Shown here piece by piece: positions 13,328 through 27,447 of a stretch of 64,000 bases of DNA. This DNA is from Octopus vulgaris. Its lineage: Eukaryota. The notes under the pieces are model-generated. The model did no database searches, had not been told where the DNA came from, and worked only from the letters and a program-made list of their open reading frames with translations. The stretch spans positions 11,098,001 through 11,162,000 of the forward strand of contig OX597829.1 in NCBI GenBank assembly GCA_951406725.2, written 5' to 3'. Position 1 is the first letter of the stretch, and every line of letters begins with the position of its first letter. Made by a program: the position numbers and the translations under genes.

Positions 13328-15754
13328 ATCTTCCCGGTTCGGCCAGGCCCTTCTTGACGTGGCTGAAGATTGTTTTCTATCGCAACATGTTGAATATCCG
13401 ACAAGGCATCGGTCTGGGCAACAGCCATCTATGCTGGATCTGGTATTCTCCCGCTATCCAAGATCAGTGTCAGACGTATCTGTGTGCGCCCCTCTTGCCA
13501 AGAGTGATCATGCGGTCCTGAAGTTCGTCATGCACACAACTTTTTCTACGCCCACGACTACTTCGCTGCCACGTAGAGTCTTCTCTGCAATTAATCTTGA
13601 AATTCTAACCGAGGCTTCCGCGCTTCTGGACTGGCGATCACTGATGACGTTGTCCTCAGTTGACGACTATCATCCCTGATGACGTTGTCCTCAGTTGACG
13701 ACTATCATCCCTCAAAGCATATGTAATCTGGTTGACTGACCAGGCAGTTCCCGTTGGGCTTCCCAAGAAGAAGAAACACAAGCCCTGGGTGACGAAGAAG
13801 GTTAAACGAGAACTTCGACTCAGAGATATTGCTTGGGCTGAATTCAAAAAACTGGATTCGACTGCAGCTTTTGAGGTGTACAAAACTCAACGAGACCGAG
13901 CCGTGAAAATTGAAAAGGAAGAACGCTTCAGATATGAATACAAAATTGCGGCAAACGCCAGTAGCAATCCAAAAACCTTCTTTGCCCATGTCCAACGGAA
14001 TTCCCGCTTGAACAACCAAATTGCAACGTTGGTAGACTCAACAGGCGTATCGATTGAGGACCCTTATCAACAGAGTCAATTATTTGCCGAGGCCTTTTCA
14101 ACTATTTTCAAACAAGATGATGGTCGTGAACCCCCCTCCATTTAATAAATCGGTACCTCCAATGCTTCGATTGGTCATTACGCGGGACGAAGTCGAACGC
14201 GTTATTCAAGGCCTCGATGTCAACAAGGGTCACGGCCCTGACGCCATACACCCACGGGTTATCAAAGCGTTGGCTCCGGTCATCTGCGAGCCCTTAACAC
14301 GTCTATTCAATATGTCATTGGCGACGGGTGTTATACCTGCGGACTGAAGAACAGCGATAATCTGCCCAATTTTCAAGAAAGAGAGCCACGAAGACCCGCT
14401 TAACTACCGACCGGTTTCCCTTACATCAATAATCAGCAAGATGTTCGAAACCATCCTTAAGAAAAGTATGATGCTCCACCTCCAAAACACAGCCTCTATC
14501 TCTGATTCCCAACACGGCTTCGTGCCGAAGAGATCATGCTTAATCAACTTACTGGTAATGGAAGAATTGGTGACGCGCATCCTCGATGATAGTGATGCTG
14601 TTGACATCGTTTTATTGGACTTTGCCAAAGCTTTTGACTCGGTAAACCACCGCCTATTACTTGTCAAGCTTCAAGCATATAGTTTCCATCCGGATATTGT
14701 ACGATGGGTTGGTGCCTACCTCTCAGATCGCTCCTTCCAAGTCCAAGTTAATGGTTCGCGGTCCGACGCCTCCAGTGCGAGCAGTGGCGTGCCTCAAGGT
14801 TCAGTGCTTGGGCCCTTATTGTTCTTAGTCTTCATAAATGACTTGCCCGACGACCTCACGCAACACACCCTTCTATTTGCCGACGATGTCAAACTGGTCG
14901 CTCCTCGCGGTGATATAGAGGATCTTCGTCGATGCCTCCACCAAATTTGGAGATGGTCTAACAAATGGGACCTGTGTCTGAACGTGTCAAAGTGCTGTCA
15001 TCTGCCTGTTGGCTCTCCTCCTGCAACTCAACTTGATTTCGAGCCGGGTCGTCAGCTGCTGGAGAGGTCCGATCAGGTAAAGGATCTGGGTATCTTGGTG
15101 GATTCCTCCTTTTCGCCTTCGGCCCAGTGCGTCCATGCTGCCAACAAAGCACGCGGAATTTTGTTCTTGATTCGACGGTCATTCGGAATGCTCACAGCAG
15201 CAATATTCCTACCGCTCTATGTCTCGCTGGTGAGACCCATATTGGAGTATGGGATTCAAGCCTCTTCTCCTTATCTCCTCAAAGACATACAGCATCTCGA
15301 AAGAGTCCAGAAGCAGGCTGCCCGCATGGTTCTTGGTCTCAAGAATTTGTCTTATGAAGAAAGGCTGAAGACGCTCGACCTTTATTCTCTAGAAAAACGA
15401 CGACACCGTGGAGATCTCATTCTTGCTCACAACATCATAAGCAGAAAGTGTAACCTCTCGAAAGAGTTGTTTTTCACTCCTGCTCCAGAGCGTCGGCTGC
15501 GGGGTCATTCCGTAAAGCTCTATCTGCGACGATTTCATCTCAATCGAAGGAGAGGGGCTTTCTCCGTCCGGTTTGCAGATGCGTGGAATAAGCTGCCAGA
15601 CGAGATGGTGAAGATGCCGACGACCGCTCGGTTCAAAGTTTCCCTTGACCTCAAGTGGCCTGAACTCTTTACATGAACATCACCCTGTGCATAACTCCAT
15701 GTCCCCCTACATGGCCTTGCTATTTGCTTTTTGAGCCAAAAAATTAACTAACTA
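13328..15754 (+). mobile_element. 5'-truncated CR1-clade LINE
   Basis: End of APE domain (PLAKSDHAVL), RT motifs LDFAKAFD, GVPQGSVLGPLLF and FADDVKL, C-terminal LRGHSVKL, (TAAC)n tail. ACGTC duplicated at 13323-13327 and 15755-15759. Confidence 0.95.
13359..15676 (+). pseudogene. LINE ORF2 (endonuclease-reverse transcriptase), disrupted
   Basis: ORF pieces 13359-13679, 13732-14145, 14054-14347 and 14441-15676, broken by a 35-bp duplication, a frameshift and a TGA at 14345. Confidence 0.93.
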
Positions 15755-15798
15755 ACGTCCTCACGTTGTGTTATCTCTTTGTTCATGTTTGGATTAAC

Positions 15799-15873
<75 letters not shown>

Positions 15874-16762
15874 TTGTTATACATTTGATAACATAATATT
15901 TTAGATAGGATGATGTTCATATAACAATATTCCTTTAATATGCATAGTAATGTTACAATCATAAAATTAGCATTAGCTTATCTCATTCTTACTCGCGGGA
16001 ATCCTAGGAACCTTTTGCGGAACCCCGGTTGAGAAACGCTGCCATAAACATTTTCCGAAGATATGAATGAAATATTAATTTTCTAATGATATAAAAATAT
16101 GCATACACTAAACGATTATTTGCTACATTCAATATTTGGTGTGACTGTCCTTCCTTTTCATGACTGCATTAAGCCTTCTGGGTGTAGAGTCGACTAAATT
16201 TCCGAATATAACCGACGAAATCAACTTCCATTCATCCTGAATGATGTCTGTCGTCCGTGTTACATTGTGGGTTTTTTTCTCCTCAGCCTTTCTTTTTAAA
16301 ACACACCACAGATGTTCTATTGAGTTTAAATCAGGTGACATGGTAGGCCAAGGCAATACCTTTACCTTTTTATATTATAAGTCGTCATCTTTGAAGTGTG
16401 TTTAGGATCATTATCATGTTGGGACATGTAATGCCTTATTAGTTTCTTGATGCTTTTCAACATTGTTGCTGCAATAAGTTATAGACATACACACGTATAC
16501 ATACACACAAAAGTTATACACATACACACATACACTCCCATGCACACACACACACATACACACACACGCAGGATCACATATTCTTATGCTCGCTGATGCA
16601 TACATACACACGAGATCACCCCCACACTTCACCACACACACCCCGGACATACACGCGCGTGCCTGTGCGCCCCTGTTTACGCGGGTCACTGTTATCTCTC
16701 CTTCCATTGGTCTTTCCTTCTGGTCATTCCAACATATAGAACTATTTACTCCGACATGTTTC

Positions 16763-16836
<74 letters not shown>

Positions 16837-16837
16837 A

Positions 16838-16923
<86 letters not shown>

Positions 16924-16928
<5 letters not shown>

Positions 16929-17653
16929 AATTAAGGACTGAACACGAAAAGTGGACAGTCAACATGCTAGATATAGACGTCAAATCGCCATTCTCCACTA
17001 AAGATTATGTTCTCAAATCAAACTCACCACAAAACCAAAGCAATAAACAGTCCTTAATTGGTATAAATAAATATTTTAATCTTCGGATTCTTTTTTAATA
17101 TGCTAGACCACTGGTTTTAATTGATAAATATCAATTTCTACCCTTAATTAATTTTATATAAATAAATATGTTCTCTAAACGATAAATTGACTGCTGCTAA
17201 TTATTAGCTGCAGGCTGGTTTTTTTCGGGTCTCAACGCGCCAAAGTAAAGGCATTTGAAAGATACATTCGAATGTAATAGGTTGAACTCCACGCACGCGA
17301 TACTCCGGTATCGTTTTTGCATCTAGTCCAGCAAATTGCATTTATAACGGGCCATGCTGATGAATGCTACAGTTATCTTTGCGGATAATAATAGCCGAAA
17401 CTGATCAGTACATGGGTAATTATTTTATTTCGTATATTTTCACTTGTTTATTGCTTTGGTTTTGTGCTGAGTTTGATTTGAGAACATAATCTTTTGTCGA
17501 GAATGGCGATTTGACGTCTATATCTAGCATGTTGACTGTCCACTTTTCGTGTTCAGTCCTTAATTGGTATATATAAATATTTTAATCTTCGGATTCTTTT
17601 TTAATATGCTAGACCACTGGTTTTAATTGATAGATATCAATTTCTACCCTTAA

Positions 17654-17660
<7 letters not shown>
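16924..17660 (+). mobile_element. Non-autonomous Penelope-type/retrozyme unit: inverted plus direct repeat with HHR
   Basis: ~125-bp inverted repeat (16924-17049 vs 17444-17570), ~105-bp direct repeat (17049-17152 vs 17555-17660), HHR in between, (TA)n on both sides. Confidence 0.85.
17352..17415 (+). ncRNA. Type I hammerhead ribozyme
   Basis: CCATG-CTGATGA-at-GCTA...TAGC-c-GAAACTGATCAGTA-CATGG. Perfect stem I, palindromic stem III ACTGATCAGT, GUA site at 17408-17410. Confidence 0.85.
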
Positions 17661-17699
<39 letters not shown>

Positions 17700-17967
17700 T
17701 TCTGTGTTTTTCATTCTCTCTCCAGTTTTCCTCATTCCTGTCTGTCGAAGAGCGTAGGCTTAAAACGTGAAAGCCTTTTCCATTATTTTCCGACCTTGAA
17801 GCTAATATACCTGCTTCTTGTTCCCTCACTTGTCTCTGTCTTTTATTATCTGTGCATTTGAACCATGTGTGCGTGCGTTTGTATGAATGTGCATGCATGT
17901 ATGCGTGAGTGTGTGTGTTTGCATTTACCCCCCCCCACACACACACACACACACACACATAAATATG

Positions 17968-18150
17968 TAACCACGTGAATCGATGGCGACTTTTTTCTCC
18001 GTCTTCCTTTTCTCTTAGACTTTCCTCTGTTTCCTATTGCTGAAGAAGAGCTTTGCTCGAAACGTAAACCATCCTTTCTTTCCTCCTCTGAACGTTTGCA
18101 TGCACCACGTCCTCACATTATTGATTTTTTCCTGTGTTTGTTCTTCGTTT
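17968..18150 (+). mobile_element. HHR-bearing short repeat (same family as 13170)
   Basis: CTGAAGA-A-GAGC ttt GCTC-GAAACGTA at 18040-18066, with flanks homologous to the 13170 copy. Confidence 0.7.
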
Positions 18151-21100
18151 TTTTTTTGGGGGGGGGGTATTTACTATATATATATATATATTCTAATATA
18201 TTTTTGTTGTTCAAGCGAAGGTAATAACTCAGAGAAACCAATAATATAAATTTGGTTAAAGATTGATGCATTGGATGTCGTACGCATTGCACTATTAATT
18301 TTTGTAAAATTCCATCTAAGTTGAAGAGATATAACAAAAACACAACGGTAACTGTTTATAATTCCCGAGGACAAAGGGAGATAATTACTAGAGTATAATA
18401 CATTTCTCCAATTGATTAACATGCTCAAGGAAAGGCAGTTTAATCTTTGTCTACACTCAAGAGATAACTGAAAACATGTTTTGGTCTCATTTCACCTCGT
18501 CAGTATAATACAATCTATTCAATGATTTGTAGGTTTACAACTCATTGAATAGATTTTTTATTTACTGAAATAAGTTACAAATATTTTAAGCTGAGACTAA
18601 TTTGCCAAATTAAAAATGTAAAGATCCAGTGGGAACTACAGGAAAGGCTCCGTGACATGACTTTAGCCCGTTAAGTTAAAGGCTGTTGTACCGAATACCG
18701 TTCATTATAGATTCTTCGTTGAAATATCTTTCTGAGCAGACAGATACTGAAAAGCTCGTGGCGATTGTTAGCGACTTACAATGAAGGCCAGGTAATTTCA
18801 AGTGATTAAGAATAACATTTTCAAGTTAATTTCGATAATTACGGGAGTGGCAGTGTTTTACCTTATTTTTACCTTATTTTTTAAGGCAAGTGGACAACTA
18901 TAGACATACGTTTCGACCTGTTTTAAAATGTTAGGGTTACTCTTCGAGAAAACTTTGCTGCTATTTCTAGTAAGTCCAGTTAACTACACAGAGGCTCTTT
19001 GGTATGCTTGAGGTATATTTAGTAATTTCTCAGGGCGTTGTATCTATAATTGCTTCTTCTGTGTCTCCAGAGTGGGATGGAGATGATATGAAACTGAAAC
19101 CATGTCTAACAACGCAATCCTAACAAATTCTGAAGTTAAATGTTCTGATATAGCCTTCTTTCGTAAGGATAACATAGTTTAGTTTCTTTGAAGAACCACC
19201 ACGAAAATGCTATGAAATCCTTTTTTCTTTTAATATATTCTTGCTTTTCGTCCTCGTTGTTTCTTTTTTAGTCATGTGACTTGCTATCCTTCACACATCA
19301 TACTACTGTGTTATCCCATACCAGAATCTTATTTGAAACTGAAAAATACAGCTAAAATAAACTCCCAGAAAGTACATCTAAATAAAACATGTCTTGTAAA
19401 TTCTTCAGCTCGATAAAGATAGTAACAGAAAGAAATTGTCCCCAACGTTAGCACCGGCAGATTTCACCACCATCTTTGATATTAATCTCCAAAAGAAAAC
19501 AAAACAAATCAAATAGAGGGTGGGGGAAGAAAAGAAGAATAAATACCCCAATTCAGGGTTGATCAACAAAACCATTCTTTATTTCTTTGCGACTCTTTTG
19601 TTTGCTTTTGTTTTACTTCCACTATGGAGACAGGGTGTATGCTAATTTCAAATTTAAAACTAACAATAACTTCCTAAATTCAATAAGAAAGTAAAAATAA
19701 AAAATAACAATAATAATAAAATAAAAGTAATGAAACAATAATAATAAAATAAAAACATACTGTGGCATTTTTTCTTCGCGTTGTTTATATGTTTCTTTCA
19801 CTCACGACTAAAGTTACATAGAATCGCATAGCAACTCGGGGGAAAGGAGTGAGAGAGAGAGAGAAACAGTGAGAGAGAGAGAGACAGTGAGAAAAATACT
19901 TGTGTATGCGTGTGGCTATGTGTGCACGAGGGGAACAGTGAAAATATGTATGTGTTTGTGTATGTCTGTAAGTGAGCATGCATCAGTTTGTGTATAAGCG
20001 TGAGAAGTGTACGTATGCATTCGTATGTATGTGTCTGTTTATTCGTGAACGTGTGTGTGCGTGCGTCTACAGACAAGAACATCGTCTATTTTAAGCATAG
20101 CGAACGTTAAATATCCTTTCTTTTCCACTAGAGTGTTTCTGCACCGTCTTCCATTATATCCTCAATACATGCTTCAGCAATTATAAAAACTCTCGGTGAC
20201 GACGGACAGCGGAAGGAAATGACAGAGCGCCAGATTTTATTAAGTGAGCTTTTTTCTTTACGTCCTGAGTTTAAATTATCACTGAATATATACATTTTGT
20301 CTTCCACCGGGTCTCAGTGAAATAAGTAGTAACAGTCAATTTTTATGATCGATCAAATTGATTACATTGACCTCTCTTCCTCTTCACTACTTAACACTAT
20401 TTCTAGCCTTGTTCTTAACTTAGAAATAATTATTATTATTATCAATATGATATTTGGATACTATTTTGTTTGTATGAGCTAAGTCCAAGCTACACCCAGA
20501 GACCTGAAGAGATAGCAAGTTATATCTTCAAGCGGGCATTATGACTAGGATAGTTGAGAGCGGCCATGTTTATGGAGAAAAATGTAGATCGGTGAGAGTG
20601 GTCTGTGCTTTGTGTACCTTGGGTTCATAAGAAATAATGTGCTTTTGATAATATGTGAAAGAATATTGTTTTGAAGTTATATAGACTATATTCTTCGTAG
20701 GATATGGGCAATATTATTTCCTGAATTTCTTACTTGTTTTTTTTGTTTGGATTTTTAATTCCCTGGGATTTGAGAAAGATAATACTCAGCCCTTTTGACT
20801 ATTATTCTAAGGGCATCTACAACCACAGATATCTAGTCTTGAGTTTACCCGTTTTGCCAATTTCTCTTTCAAGATCTTTGTACTTGCTCAACTTTTGGTA
20901 GGTTTTGACAGATATATTTATATCAGTTGAGACAATCATTTCGATGAGGAGGCATGATTTTCGTCTGAAATCCTTCAATACAGTATCTGACTTATTTGCA
21001 ACTATCTTTCCGTCAGTTTGAACTGAAACGTTTCATAGGAGTGAAATATGATTTTTCAAACCCTGGAGATGGTTTGCATTCCCATCAGCTTTTATGGTGG

Positions 21101-22321
21101 AGCAGATCCAGATCCTTACAAATTACCCAAGGGATATACTGTGCAGCTCTATTGTTCCTGTTGACATATTCTGAAATGCAAAAAGGATACACATGGAGAC
21201 AATGCGATCGATGATTTGAACCTGTTTCTTACAAACGCGGCATGATGGGCTGCTGTCGTTTTTTAAGATGTTTGATAACTTCTTGAATGTAGATATTGAT
21301 TCTGGACTGTCATGATAACCACTTGTCTCTGATTTTAAACCAGAGGACACTAATCATCGATGGGTAAGAGTTTTGACAAAAGTTAGTTCTATCTGGGTAT
21401 TTGTCATGAAGTAGTTTTTCCTACCGTTCGCCATTAAGATTAATCAAGACAATATTTTTAGTACGAGTTTTCATTTGTTCATCTTTTTCAGCGCTTCTTC
21501 TTGGTTCACCAAACTCGGAGATTTCTTCTTTATGGAATTCGTCTCTTTTCCAGCAGATACCATATTCCTTCTCTGACTGAATATTGTGAATCTTAGTCTT
21601 TGTTAGATTCGTTCTAATGGCTTCTTCCCGAGTGGCTATAATTAGAACTTCGTTCTTTCGTTTCAAGTTTCGGTCTGTCAGTCATAGCTACCGTTCTTTA
21701 CTTCCATTTTGTTACATAACTCCATTTCTTTCTATCAGCTTGCTCACTTGTTCTTCCTTTTTGAATTCTCCAACAGTTTTAGTAAGTTTTAGGGTATCTA
21801 TGGCTGACGTTAGTATCTATTCTTCACTCTGCACAAGTTTTCAACCATAAATAATTTCGCAATATTAACGGCGACTTTTGAGTTTAACAATCTCTTACCT
21901 CTTTCCCTTGAATGCAGGTAGAGTGTGTCGGTATTGCTTTTAGGCTGATCTGTGTGCAGTGTGTTGGGCATCATGAGCTGCTACTTAGTCCTTCTGAGTT
22001 TCTGTAGCTTGGCCTTTGGTCCATTTTAAAAAAGTAGCAGAGTATCTTAATACAGGCATAGCCCATATATTTATGGTTTTAATTATATTCGTTCCATTTA
22101 ATTTTATTTCGAGTACCTTCCTAATTCTTCTGTCTTACTCTTTAGAGATTTTTCTCTCTCATATCTATTTCCATTATCCAACCGTCTTGTAGCATTCCAG
22201 TTATTTGTATTCCTCATTATTCTACAGTGATCTAATAATATTGTCTTGAGGCAATATTATGTTATTAGAGTTCATTTTTGTAGTTATTGTTGTTATTGTT
22301 GTTGTTGTTGTTCTTATTCTT

Positions 22322-22579
<258 letters not shown>

Positions 22580-23708
22580 TAACTCAGGTTTTGTTGGAAC
22601 TTTTGGGATTTTACATCAGTAGCTGGCCTACGGTATCATACTATTTATTCTCTTGAACTATCTAATAATTTCCAAATGGTTTCGGCCGTATCAATCAGGC
22701 AAACGTTTTGCAACAGCTCTACCGGACACTCTGTTCCCCTTTCCTTTATGTTCTTCTCAGTATTTTTTGATACTATACCAAAGTCTCCGACAATAATTGG
22801 TACTATGCTATCCATTCTTTTCAGTTATCTAATATTTTCCTGATTATTCTGGCTATGCCACGGAGGCAAAGCTTTGGTAACAGTTCTACTGGGCACTCTA
22901 TTCTAACTTCCTACATATTCCCCTTGATGCCTTCTGATACTGTTCCCAAGGGCCCAACAATAATTGGCACTATCTTCACCTTCATTTTCCATAGCCGGAC
23001 TATTTCGTACTTAAGAGGGTTGTATGTATCTAGTTTTCGCCTTCCTTCTTGACTATTTGTGGGTCAAAGGGGCATGCAACATCAACTACACAGTATATGT
23101 GGTGCACCTTGTTCACCACCACAAGATCCGGTCTGTTATGCTCTAGCACCCGGTCTGTTTGGATTGGGAAATCCCAGAGGATTTTGCTAGTCTCCGACTC
23201 TTCCACTCTCTGCGGTTAGTGCTCATTCTTCGTTTTGCCTCTTTCTGGTCCCTACTGTTCGCACAGTTCCCAATGTAACACTTTCGCCACCTAATCGTCT
23301 CGTCACAACTTGTAGTAGTTTTGGTCAAGTCCAGGGCATTCGTTCATGATATGGGCAATGGTTTCATCCACTATACTGCAAATGCGGCACAGCGGAAACA
23401 CTTGCTCATACCTAAGGTAGACCCTCCAGTTTATAGCCAAAGCTTGGTCTTCCGCTGCCAGTATAATGTTTTCGATTTCTTTTTATATATAGTAATCCTT
23501 TCATCAACCAATCCCACTTACGTTTTCCAGTAACTTCTGTTGTGGCTACATGGAATTGATTGTATAGTCCCTTGTTGCGTAATTCTTTTACATGTCCTTT
23601 TTGTACTTCTTCCTTTGTTTTTCTTTTTTTCTGCTCTCAATACCCCCTCGTTCCTATCTGTCACTAGCAAAGTTTCCTTACTTTGGGCTAGGTATCTCAT
23701 TAAGGAAA

Positions 23709-23932
23709 GGCGGTGAGCTGGCAGAACTGTTAGCACGCCGGGCGAAATGCTTAGCTGTATTTCGTCTGCCGTTACGTTCTGAGTTCAAATTCCGCCGAGG
23801 TCGACTTGCCTTTCATCTTTTCGAGGTCGATAAATTAAGTACTAGCACTGGGGTCGATGTAATCGACTTAATCCGTTTGTCTGTCCTTGTTTGTCCGCTC
23901 TATGTTTAGCCCCTTGTGGGAAATAAAGAAAC
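23709..23932 (+). mobile_element. SINE family A, full length
   Basis: GGCGGTGAGCTGGCAGAA head. TSD AGGTATCTCA(T/C)TAAG at 23690-23704 and 23933-23947. Confidence 0.92.
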
Positions 23933-24444
23933 AGGTATCTCACTAAGCTCTCGTTTCCGATACACACGCAGTCTTCCACACTTATCAGTCCCCTTCCTCC
24001 ATTTGCTCTCTTCATGTATAGTGTATGCACGTGGCTGATGGGCCCCCTGCATCGTTAGGAACTTTCTTGACTTCCTGTTCATTTCCTTTAGTTCTCCTCC
24101 GTCCACTTCAGGATTCTAGCACCATATCGAACTACTGCGACTGCGCGTGTGTTCATTGCTGAATTTCTGTTTCTGGCATTCAGCTTTCAAGCCAATATTT
24201 TTCTCACTCGCCGCAGGTACTTTTGTCTTTTCCTTCATGTTATTGTGTTTAATTCTGTCTACCTCAAATATTCCCAGGTATTTATAGCTGGACTGAGGTT
24301 GAATTGCCTTCATCTTCTCACCATTTGGCAACGATGTGCCTCCTGTCCTGCCAAGTTTTCCTCGTTTCATCATCATCGTAGCACATTATGAGAGTCTAAA
24401 CTCCATCTTCATATCATTTATTATCATTATTATTATTATTATTA

Positions 24445-24505
<61 letters not shown>

Positions 24506-26542
24506 CATCAGCATCATTATTATTATGACAAACTTATTTTTCTTTAAAGGCGGTGCTCCAGCATGGCCGCAGTCAAATAAATGAAACAAGCAAAAGAGTA
24601 TTATTGTTGTTGTTGTCGTCGTCATCATTATTGTTTTTGTTGTTGTTATCGTTATCATCATTATCATCATCTTCATCATCGTCGTCGTTGTCGTCATCAT
24701 CGCCACCACCACCACCATCACCAACATCATCATCATCATCATCCCCATTGTCATCACCATCATCATCAATACTGGACGAGCTGTCAGATTTATTAGTGTA
24801 CTGAAAAATATTTTGATGTCGACCACAAACGACAAAAATATGAAGAGTAACAGTAATAATACACACGCACTCACTAACTTCACTGTTCTCCGAAAACACG
24901 AACGCTGAGTTTATGGATAAGTAGAAAGCGAATCCAAACATATGTAAACAGGGGACAGCAAGGTATCAAGTCCTTTCCAATGTGGTATATGACATATTTC
25001 TTGTGAAAACTACGCTATTTGATGTTGAAGTTCCTATATAATGTATATACTAATGAAGTTAATGTGGCATCTTTAGATACCCGAAACAGGATTGCCTGGC
25101 CGCCACGGATACAAAAACGAAACCTCTTCCTCTTTACTCGCTACCTAATGTGTTCATACTGTGAGTCACTAACATGTGTTCTTGAAAGCAAGATCATTTA
25201 AAGACTTTGAGACACTAGATTTACATCTAGTAGTCATCAGCGAGATCAGAATTTCCGAAACGAACAAATTTGTTTTCGGCATACGCGTCTTTTGGTCTGT
25301 CGAGGAACAGACTATCTTCATGACACTTTAGTCTGTAGTTCTAAACACGAAAAAGATTGAAGGGGTATCGTGAGACTAACCGTTGTTTATGCTCCGATAA
25401 TGGATTGATATACAGATTTCTCCAAACATCCGGTAATGCTTGTTGTTCGCGTGTGTGGGTAAATAGAATTTCATCTTCAATGCACGTTGGGGTCGTGTGA
25501 TTTCACAAATAAGACAATGACTTTGTCAAGCTGCATGGATTCATATTGATAGAATTTCTTTTAAACAAGCTGATAAGCTCTACCCATTAGCGCCTAAGCA
25601 AAACTTTCTATGAGAATATAATGCCCCACTCGGTCTTGAAATCAGCCCATGACTTTATATTCTCCTAAGTTTAACACCTTAACGTCTAGGCAACTCTCCT
25701 TCATATAAAGATTTTAGGGTAGATAAAATTCACTGTAAATCATTTTTACAGATAGAAAATGGTTGCTATCTAACTGGTCAAAAGAAACCATTATTGACTG
25801 TAACCATGCACTCATATTTAAAAAATACAATCACTAACTTTAATGATTGATATTTAAAATATGGATGTTAAAGTCTTACACTCATTTTCTCTATCTCATT
25901 CTGATTTCCTCTTTTTCTCCTTGTTTTTGCTGAGGTTTTTTTCTGCCTCGCTTTCTTGCCCTTTCTTGTTCACTCTCACATCACGTGGACATATTGTGAA
26001 AACGTCGACCAGATTAAATCTGTCGTTAGAAACAACGCCGCCACAAAGACATGTTAATTCTTGTGAAGGATGAAGAGGTGGAGGAGCAGCCTTTGACTAC
26101 GACGACTACTACTACTGATGATGATGACGATGATTCGGCTACTGCTGTGTTGTTTCTACTATTACTGCTACAGCTGATTTATAGTATAACTGTAAAGAAA
26201 GAAAGAAAGAAAGATATAAGACGATGACGGAAAAGACAAAGAACAGCAAAAGCAACACAGGATAGATACACATAACGTGTGTGTGTATGAGTGTGTGTGT
26301 GTTTGTGTCTCAAAAGGAAAGGAGAATTCAATACGTTGTGACGAATATATATATTCATATTTACAAAGCAAAATATCTTAGAAAATTATTTAGGGACCTT
26401 ATATACATACATACATATATATATATATCACGTGATCACGTGACCGACCAGGCTATCAGACGTTGCTACACATCGCTGGTCATAATGCGCTTCGCTTTGT
26501 TTTAGCCTTCAAATGACGCCACCCCACTGGCTAAGCGAGCAG

Positions 26543-26617
<75 letters not shown>

Positions 26618-26626
26618 TATGTATGC

Positions 26627-26666
<40 letters not shown>

Positions 26667-26706
26667 CTAGACTGAAAATCTCTTTCGGATAAAAAGAGAG
26701 TAGAAA

Positions 26707-26777
26707 GCTCCCCGTGGGACTGGAACCTACATCTACTGTATACTTGACAGACGTTCTACCACTATTCCAAAGCAACC
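26707..26777 (-). pseudogene. Degenerate tRNA-like sequence (not a functional tRNA)
   Basis: Reverse complement has TAGTGGTAGAAC (D-arm-like) and GGTTCCAGTCCC (T-arm-like), but the acceptor stem pairs poorly. Confidence 0.5.
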
Positions 26778-27447
26778 CGTTGAAAATTCTCCATTTTTTA
26801 AACTTTACTCTTACGAGCCTTCGAATATTTTTTTCCTATCTAAAAGAATTTTTCGACTCGATATTTATATGTTGTTATTCATAGCTTTATATGTACTTCG
26901 AGTACCAATTTCAAAAAAATAATTGTTGGGTAACAATGTTGGTTGAATATTATATAGTAAAAGGAACGCGGAACCACGGGATTTTCATACATGAACAGGA
27001 AGTGGTAACAAAAAATGTTTATCTTTCAACTCCCGCTTCATCTTTTCCCTTCACCTCATTCTCCACTTTGCATGCTTCTTCTTATTCCATCTTTCTTTCC
27101 TTCTTTCACACACTATTTCTCCAGACACTTCCTGTTCGTGTAGGATGTTCACGTGGCCTTGCGTTCCTTATCAGATGCAGACAGTTTCTTTTTGATTTTA
27201 ATTTAAAGGATGTAAAATTTTGCAGCCTTATCAATTTCTTTCCTGCCAACTTTACCTTGAGAAAGAACTCTGTCCGAAACGTTAAGTTTCTCTACTCCTC
27301 TAGTGTACGCTATATACTTTTTGTCGATTTTACCATATGTATGTATGTGTGTGTGTATATATTTATATATATGTATATATACATAAATTTCGTTTTTAGA
27401 TTTGGTATGCAAGATTCTTTATATGAGTTCGTATGTTGAAGCATATT

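Larger units (their letters stand above)
11893..16041. mobile_element. hAT (Charlie-like) MITE carrying nested insertions
   Basis: TIR CAGTGTTTCTCAACC / GGTTGAGAAACGCTG. The 8-bp flanks ACACAAAC and CCATAAAC match at 6 of 8 positions. Confidence 0.75.
11755..16415 (-). mobile_element. Tc1-like transposon remnant, interrupted by nested insertions
   Basis: DNDPKHTSK and WPTMSPDLNSIEHLW...PRRLNAV...HTKY at 16129-16415 (minus). Putative terminal segment at ~11755-11890, on the far side of the hAT insertion. Confidence 0.7.

Noticed and set aside
25205-25295. Hairpins with CTGATGA on the minus strand as a hammerhead
   Set aside because: No GAAA correctly placed after stem II and no stem I.
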